Positions 10,114-15,642 of a DNA stretch of 15,642 nucleotides are shown here, piece by piece. The stretch is from positions 155,344,289 to 155,359,930 of the forward strand of contig JANKJI020000004.1 in assembly GCA_024626585.2 (NCBI GenBank), written 5' to 3'. The notes under the pieces are model-generated. The model did no database searches. It worked only from the letters and a program-made list of their open reading frames with translations, and was not told the origin of the DNA. The translations under genes were made by a program, and so were the position numbers. Within the stretch, counting starts at the first letter, position 1. Every line of letters starts with the position of its first letter. The stretch is from Ginkgo biloba. Taxonomy: Eukaryota; Plantae; Ginkgophyta.

Positions 10114-10213
10114 NNNNNNNNNNNNNNNNNNNNNNNNNNNNNNNNNNNNNNNNNNNNNNNNNNNNNNNNNNNNNNNNNNNNNNNNNNNNNNNNNNNNNNN
10201 NNNNNNNNNNNNN

Positions 10214-10665
10214 ACATTGGAGAATTGTAAATCCAGACCTTTTTCTCCACCTCATTTGTAATCTTTCTGCGAGGTCAAACCTCCATGGTTTCTGCAAGCT
10301 GTCACACCTGCTTTGACATGAACCATATGATCTAAAGAGGTGGCTTGGTGTTTTCTTTGCATGCAGCAATGAAAGAAGACCCATGCTTCATTCTATCGCC
10401 TATCGTTCTTTTGTAGTCCTGTCAACAGTTTATTCCTTATCTAAACTTGGAGGTTGTTTTTAGCTGCTTCCTCTTGTCATGTGATCCTACAATTTTGTTG
10501 TTTGAAATGTGGCTGTCAAATCAGGATGATCTTTCCATACTGCTAATAATTTTCTTTGACAAACCAATATTCTGCGCATTCTTCCTTTTGAAGGGATGGA
10601 AACTGTACATATGCAGATATCTGAAGATGCTTATGCCCTCTTATGTTAGGCCATCTGGAAGGTAA
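10214..10665 (+). mobile_element. Possible highly decayed L1-type LINE ORF2 3' end (zf-RVT region)
   Basis: Fragments WRIV...VIFL...LHG, WCFLCMQQ..ED and LFEMW appear in the expected order, but need several frameshifts. Confidence 0.3.
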
Positions 10666-11445
10666 TCTTTCATCCATTGAAAGTAGAAAAATGACTTTCA
10701 TTTACTGTTTTCTTAAACTGAACCAAAGAGTTAGTCTATCTCAAGAGGGATCCTGGCTGCATTCCTCCCTCAAATATCATCAGTTCCACCAAATACTGAA
10801 ACAGTGAACCAATTTGAATTGGCTCCCCCATTCAGAAAAATGGTTTATACATTTGACCTAATTTGTCTGGGAATTCTTCCAATCATTGTATGATGCTGCA
10901 TCCTTAGTAATATCTTTTTTGGATGAATTTTGTCTATACTGTAGTTAGCCAGTTGGATACCGGATGCACCTGTCTTTGTGAGTCCACTCTGCAAAATATT
11001 GCTTGTAAATATTGTTCCCATCAACTCTTCTACTTTACTTGATTACTTTCCATGGATATTGTGATATGTATTTAATGTGTGTCAGGATTAACAAAATATA
11101 AACAGATAAATAAGAATTCATGAAACACAATTTTTTCTAGCTGGACTTCTGCCTGCCAATGAGAGCATTTATTTCCAGATTTGACTTTAGTGAGATGATC
11201 ACTTTCCCAGCTCTTAGCTGAATATTCTTGGTATCTTATGGGAATGCCAAGGTAATAAATGCATTCATTTTCAGGAAGCTGACAAATGTGTATTGTGCCC
11301 TCTCCCTTTATTGAAGTGCAGCATTCAATTGTTGTTTTAAATTATTCGCAAATAATTAAAGCATAGGATTCATCATCCCTTGTTTCATGTGCTTTTTAGT
11401 GGTACACTAAATTAGATATTCTAATATACTGTATTGGCATAACAG

Positions 11446-11531
11446 GATGCAGCTTCCTTATGCACGGCTATCTTGGAGAAAGGTTTCCGGGGATGCATTT
11501 TTATGGGTTGCGATCAGTGTCCTTTATCCAG
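11446..11531 (+). CDS. Following coding exon of the YeeZ-like/At2g39080-like gene
   Basis: Acceptor TAACAG| ends at 11445 and donor AG|GTTTGT starts at 11532. The 86 nt read DAASLCTAILEKGFRGCIFMGCDQCPLS(R), matching DAASL..AI.......IF.GCD..PLSR. Confidence 0.92.
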
Positions 11532-12169
11532 GTTTGTACTAAGTTAAAAGTTTGCTAATAATGTCCCAGGATGATAACAGAATGCATAACATGTATCTCA
11601 AATTAGAGTGGCCAAGAGACAAACTGTCTAACATATGGCATTTCAAGAACAGCTCTCATACAGGGACTCAAAGCATTTTGTCATCAATCAGAAATTTTGT
11701 GTATTTCATATTGTTGCTTGTGGAAGTTTATTTGCATACTCAGAATTTGAAATTTATTGTATTTAGTAATTTGAGAACATAATAGATTATTCATTAGGTC
11801 TGTTCTGGGTATATCGTCTGTTTGTTTTTTTTCGGAAAAATACATCTTATATTTACATAAACATATTTACAAGCAATAGAGTACAATGTGGAAGGGAATA
11901 TCTCGGCCATATCATCTGTTTCTTGATGATACCAATCACATCTTTTCTAGTATGAATTATGGATGACAACCCTCCGCAAATTCTGACTGCAACGTCCCAT
12001 TTGCCATTGATTTGGACATCATATGTATTGGTGAAAGTTTTCAGCAATGCCTTTTCCCTGCTGGACTTGAGTTCTCATTTTTAACAAAAGAAATAAGTAA
12101 ACAAAGATAAGAATGCAGCTATGCCTGCCTAGATCCTATGAATAATGGAATAGGAAAGAGAACTTTTTT

Positions 12170-13200
12170 TTAGCCTTGGAAAAAGTAAAATCTTATTGAG
12201 AAAGAAATCAAGAAAAGAACTTATATGTTGAGTCCTCTAGAAGTGCGAAACAATTGGCTGTCATTCATGGGATGGGTCGCTTGTTCACTCCATTGCTGAA
12301 CCTGTTCAATGAGGTAGTTTTCATAAGCTTTTTTTGTTCATTCTGCGCCCCTCATATCATCCTTTCATTTCACAAAACAGGTGATGTATTAGATTCAGGA
12401 AATTACAGAACCATCATAATAGGTCACATATTGGCCAAACTATATGCCATGAACCTGGACACATTTATGAGGGTATGTGGAAAATATAATCCCTAGATTC
12501 AAAACAGGGCCAGGTTTCCCTTGAGAACATTAGACTATAGGTCCATTCAAATGTATAGACTTTTGGAAGGGTTTTCATTCTCACTATCCACTTCTTTGAT
12601 ATCCTTCCCATTTCCCCATGATGTAGCCTGAGAATTCCAAGTGATGATTCGATGTCAGCAAAACCCCATCTGCATTGATGCACAGTGAACCAACTGACAA
12701 AACATTCGATTCCATCTGTTCAAGATCAGAAATTATGTCCTTTGTCCTCATAACCATGCTTTTCCCAAAGAGGAGTCAAGATCATAATGATGGGATCCAC
12801 ATGGTCCTTGGCATCATAAGGAAACCGCCTGCACCTAATTCTTTCTTGAGTTCTTTCAAGGCCCCCCAAGGAGTTATTTCTGCTGCAATAACACTATATG
12901 AGGCAGTGGCAGGCTTTATCCACACCCCACTTGAAGTTTGTGAAGACATCCAGATTACCATTGGAGTTAAGTAAGAGTGGCCTCGCTCTCCTACACTCTT
13001 CTAAGTAAACATAGATGAGATGGTAGTATCTTGAGGAAGTTACACATGCAGTTGATGTTAGCCTTTCACATGGGATTATGATCTCCATCCTTCTCTTGTT
13101 AGATCATAGTGTTCTCCTTTCCTTCGCTTTAGAGGGACTACTGAGACAATTAAACTTGCTGGACTTGTTTTGTGATAGCAAAGCTAGGAAGCCAACCTTA
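12170..13200 (+). mobile_element. Degenerate non-LTR retrotransposon (LINE, RTE-like) reverse transcriptase fragment within an intron
   Basis: Ordered RT motifs: HKTGDVLDSGNYRTIIIGHILAKLYA (~12370-12447), GQ.GF-like (~12505), IDFWKGFH (cf. VDFRKAFD, ~12555), AITLYEAV...IGVK*EWPRSPTLF..IDE (cf. GVKQGCPLSPTLF), and ISILLLLDHSVLL...EGLLRQLNLLDLFC (cf. LLFADD.VL....GLQ.QL..L..FC). Confidence 0.88.
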
Positions 13201-14276
13201 GAAAAACTACACATATGGCTTTTGATACATTCATATAGTCCTCATCGAGATTGCAATTGTCCTTCAGAGGAAAAGTTCTACTTGTATTGTTACCATTCCA
13301 TCTGATTTGTATTATACTTTTATAGAAAACATACTTCACACCTATATTTGTTAATGCCATGTTCATCTCATTTTTATGCTTTGTTCACATCCTGCCATTT
13401 AGTAAATTAAGTCGCCAATCACATTCACTTTGTTCATAAATCATTACGATCTAATATGCATCTAGCCCGTAATTACATATTTCTTATATGATTGTGCAAA
13501 CTAGTTCTATTATTGCGTCTTCCAAAACAATATCATTTTATTGTCAAACATTAGGTTGCCTAAATTGCAATTGCAATGAAATTGTTCACGCATATGCTTC
13601 TATCCCAATTGCAATTTAAACTATTTGCATCTATTGTGATTGAGCATTGACTAAATCAAAAGGCAATTGCAACCATTGTGGACTAACTCCCTTCATAGTT
13701 CATCCAACCAATACTCATGTTCTATCTCATATTTTATTTGGCATTCTCTCTTCTTCATAGTAGAGGCCATTGGCTCTCTGGTGGTTTGTTTTGTAATTCT
13801 AACATCTTCAATTTTTGTAATTCTTCATTTCCTTCAAAATCTTGATGATCCTTGCTTGGCGATGAGATAGTCCATTTGTATATGCCATATCTTTCAACTT
13901 GTAAAAATGTCAAACTAAAACAAAATGAAATTTTAAACTTTCTAAAGTACCATCTGTAACTCCCTCATCCTTGTTTGTTGCCTTATTGATCAACCCATCG
14001 AAACGGTTAGTCAACTTTGCCCTCAACTCTTACAAATGCAACCTAACCATTCATCATTGGATTGAACTAATAGTTGGTTTCCTTTCCAACCAATTAGCAA
14101 ACATGATTTGTGGTCGATTATGACTCAAAAGAGTGAGAATGTCAAATGCTACATAGAGGGTGAATGCAAGAGGGAANNNNNNNNNNNNNNNNNNNNNNNN
14201 NNNNNNNNNNNNNNNNNNNNNNNNNNNNNNNNNNNNNNNNNNNNNNNNNNNNNNNNNNNNNNNNNNNNNNNNNNNN

Positions 14277-15270
14277 TCAAGAAATGCTTAGTAAGTGTAT
14301 TAGCTAGGAGATATATAATATCTATTATGTACAAAATGCCTCATTAGAGGCACATCATTAGGATTTGATTACCGGCTCCCAAGAATGGGTGATGTGGATA
14401 TCATGTTTAAAGGGATGGGGCAAGCTTTTGAACTCAAGTTAATAGTGCCCAAGTTGCTTCTTTAGCTCTCCTTCTACATTAATAGATCAAAACTCTTCCT
14501 TGATAATGAAAAGGTACACATCTTGGAGTAGGCTTAATTGACATGTAAGATCTAGTCTCGTCATTGAACATATTTAAGGAGATATATAATGTAGGCTATT
14601 GATAATCTTTAACTTGGATATCATAAAGGAATAGAAACATCATTAGAGAACAATGCCTCTGTTAAAGGTCACAACTAACAGAAAAAGAAAGAAGGTGAGC
14701 AACTCTTCTATATTGGCACATAACTTGGTGTTTGTTACTTGTAAGCCCAAATTCTATCATTGAGTAAAACTTGAGACATGTCCTAGTCACGCTAATGCGA
14801 ATAGCAAGTAGGATGTGCCATTCAATAATGCTTTCCTTCTTAGTCATTCAAGACCTTTAGTATCAAGAAGCAATAAATGCCATGGGACTTACACACTCAT
14901 AAATCTTTATGGCCATAATTGATTGAGCCAAGTCAAAGTAGGGCGATCTATGCTATGGGGTACAACTATCACAAAAAGTTTGATTAGTGTACTAGCTACG
15001 AGAAATGCAATATATATTATGGATAAAATGTCTTCATTAAAGGTATGAATTTAGGATTTGATTACTGGGTCCCAAAAGTGGGTGATGTGGATTCCATGTT
15101 TAAAGGGATCTCCTAAACTCAAGTTAATAGTGCCTAGTTGCTATGTTTGCTCTCCTTCTATATTAATGGATGAAAATTATTGCATGATAATGGTGAGGTA
15201 TGCATCTTGGAGCAAGTTACATTCACATGTAAGATCTAGTCTCATCATTGATCATATTCTAAGAGAGAAC
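14277..15270. repeat. Diverged ~300-bp direct repeat (copies ~14277-14585 and ~14971-15270)
   Basis: Shared exact anchors: TTAGGATTTGATTAC (14358/15051), TGGGTGATGTGGAT, CATGTTTAAAGGGAT, AACTCAAGTTAATAGTGCC (14431/15116), ACATGTAAGATCTAGTCTC (14541/15225). Offset is 684-693 nt. Confidence 0.9.
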
Positions 15271-15642
15271 ATCCCATTTAGATATTATATGTCCTATTCA
15301 TAATTTATAGTCATGTTCTATCTGAGTTCATTTATTACTACTACATTTTATATGTTCAATATCTAAAATATACAAGTACAAAACAAATAATTGAAGACAT
15401 ACATTATGGATAGTTTTCTCTTAGAATCTATAAGAACCTAAGGGAATATTTATTAACACATATTTAAAATCCATAAGAACCTAAAGAGGGGTATATGTTT
15501 ATTTTACTCTCGATCATTTATACTTATTCTTATCCCTCATTCCATACAAGAACATAAGGGACATACACATTTAACATCAATCATTGATTTTTTTATCATA
15601 TCATAAAATAAAATCCTTATAACTCTAAATATTTTAGTGTAA

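Larger units (their letters stand above)
1432..14276. other. Twelve assembly gaps scattered over this span
   Basis: N-runs at 1432-1441, 1677-1776, 3393-3492, 5073-5483, 6520-6558, 6773-6798, 7028-7127, 7957-8016, 9013-9111, 9382-9442, 10114-10213 and 14177-14276. The exactly 100-N runs are probably placeholders of unknown size. Confidence 0.98.

Noticed and set aside
10680-10990. Possible minus-strand L1 ORF2 tail (FSEW...IWWN)
   Set aside because: Only two short Trp-containing motifs, too weak to call.
11940-12085. TTTTCTAG followed by ...ATTATGGATGAC (IMD-like) as the next exon
   Set aside because: The phase required by the preceding exon gives a stop within five codons, and the downstream peptide lacks the SGKF motif.

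Overview
This is eukaryotic, AT-rich, CpG-poor plant genomic DNA from a gappy scaffold (12 N-runs). It is most consistent with a large-genome land plant such as a gymnosperm, which is inferred from the long TE-filled introns and heavily decayed Gypsy/Copia/LINE remnants. The only host gene I can support is three internal + strand exons (9790-9900, 10054->10113, 11446-11531) of a YeeZ-like NAD(P)-binding Rossmann-fold (atypical SDR) protein resembling Arabidopsis At2g39080. The first two of these exons are separated by a 153-nt minor-spliceosome (U12-type) AT-AC intron, the most notable signal in the window. The rest is mostly degenerate retroelement debris: two back-to-back Gypsy remnants, a GC-rich insert, a Copia 5' region with gag start, an RTE-like LINE RT carrying an internal insertion, and a ~300-bp diverged direct repeat. 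Nearly all ORFs in the supplied track are spurious or TE fragments. I find no support for a wholly new biological system. All family assignments come from motif recognition by eye, not database searches.
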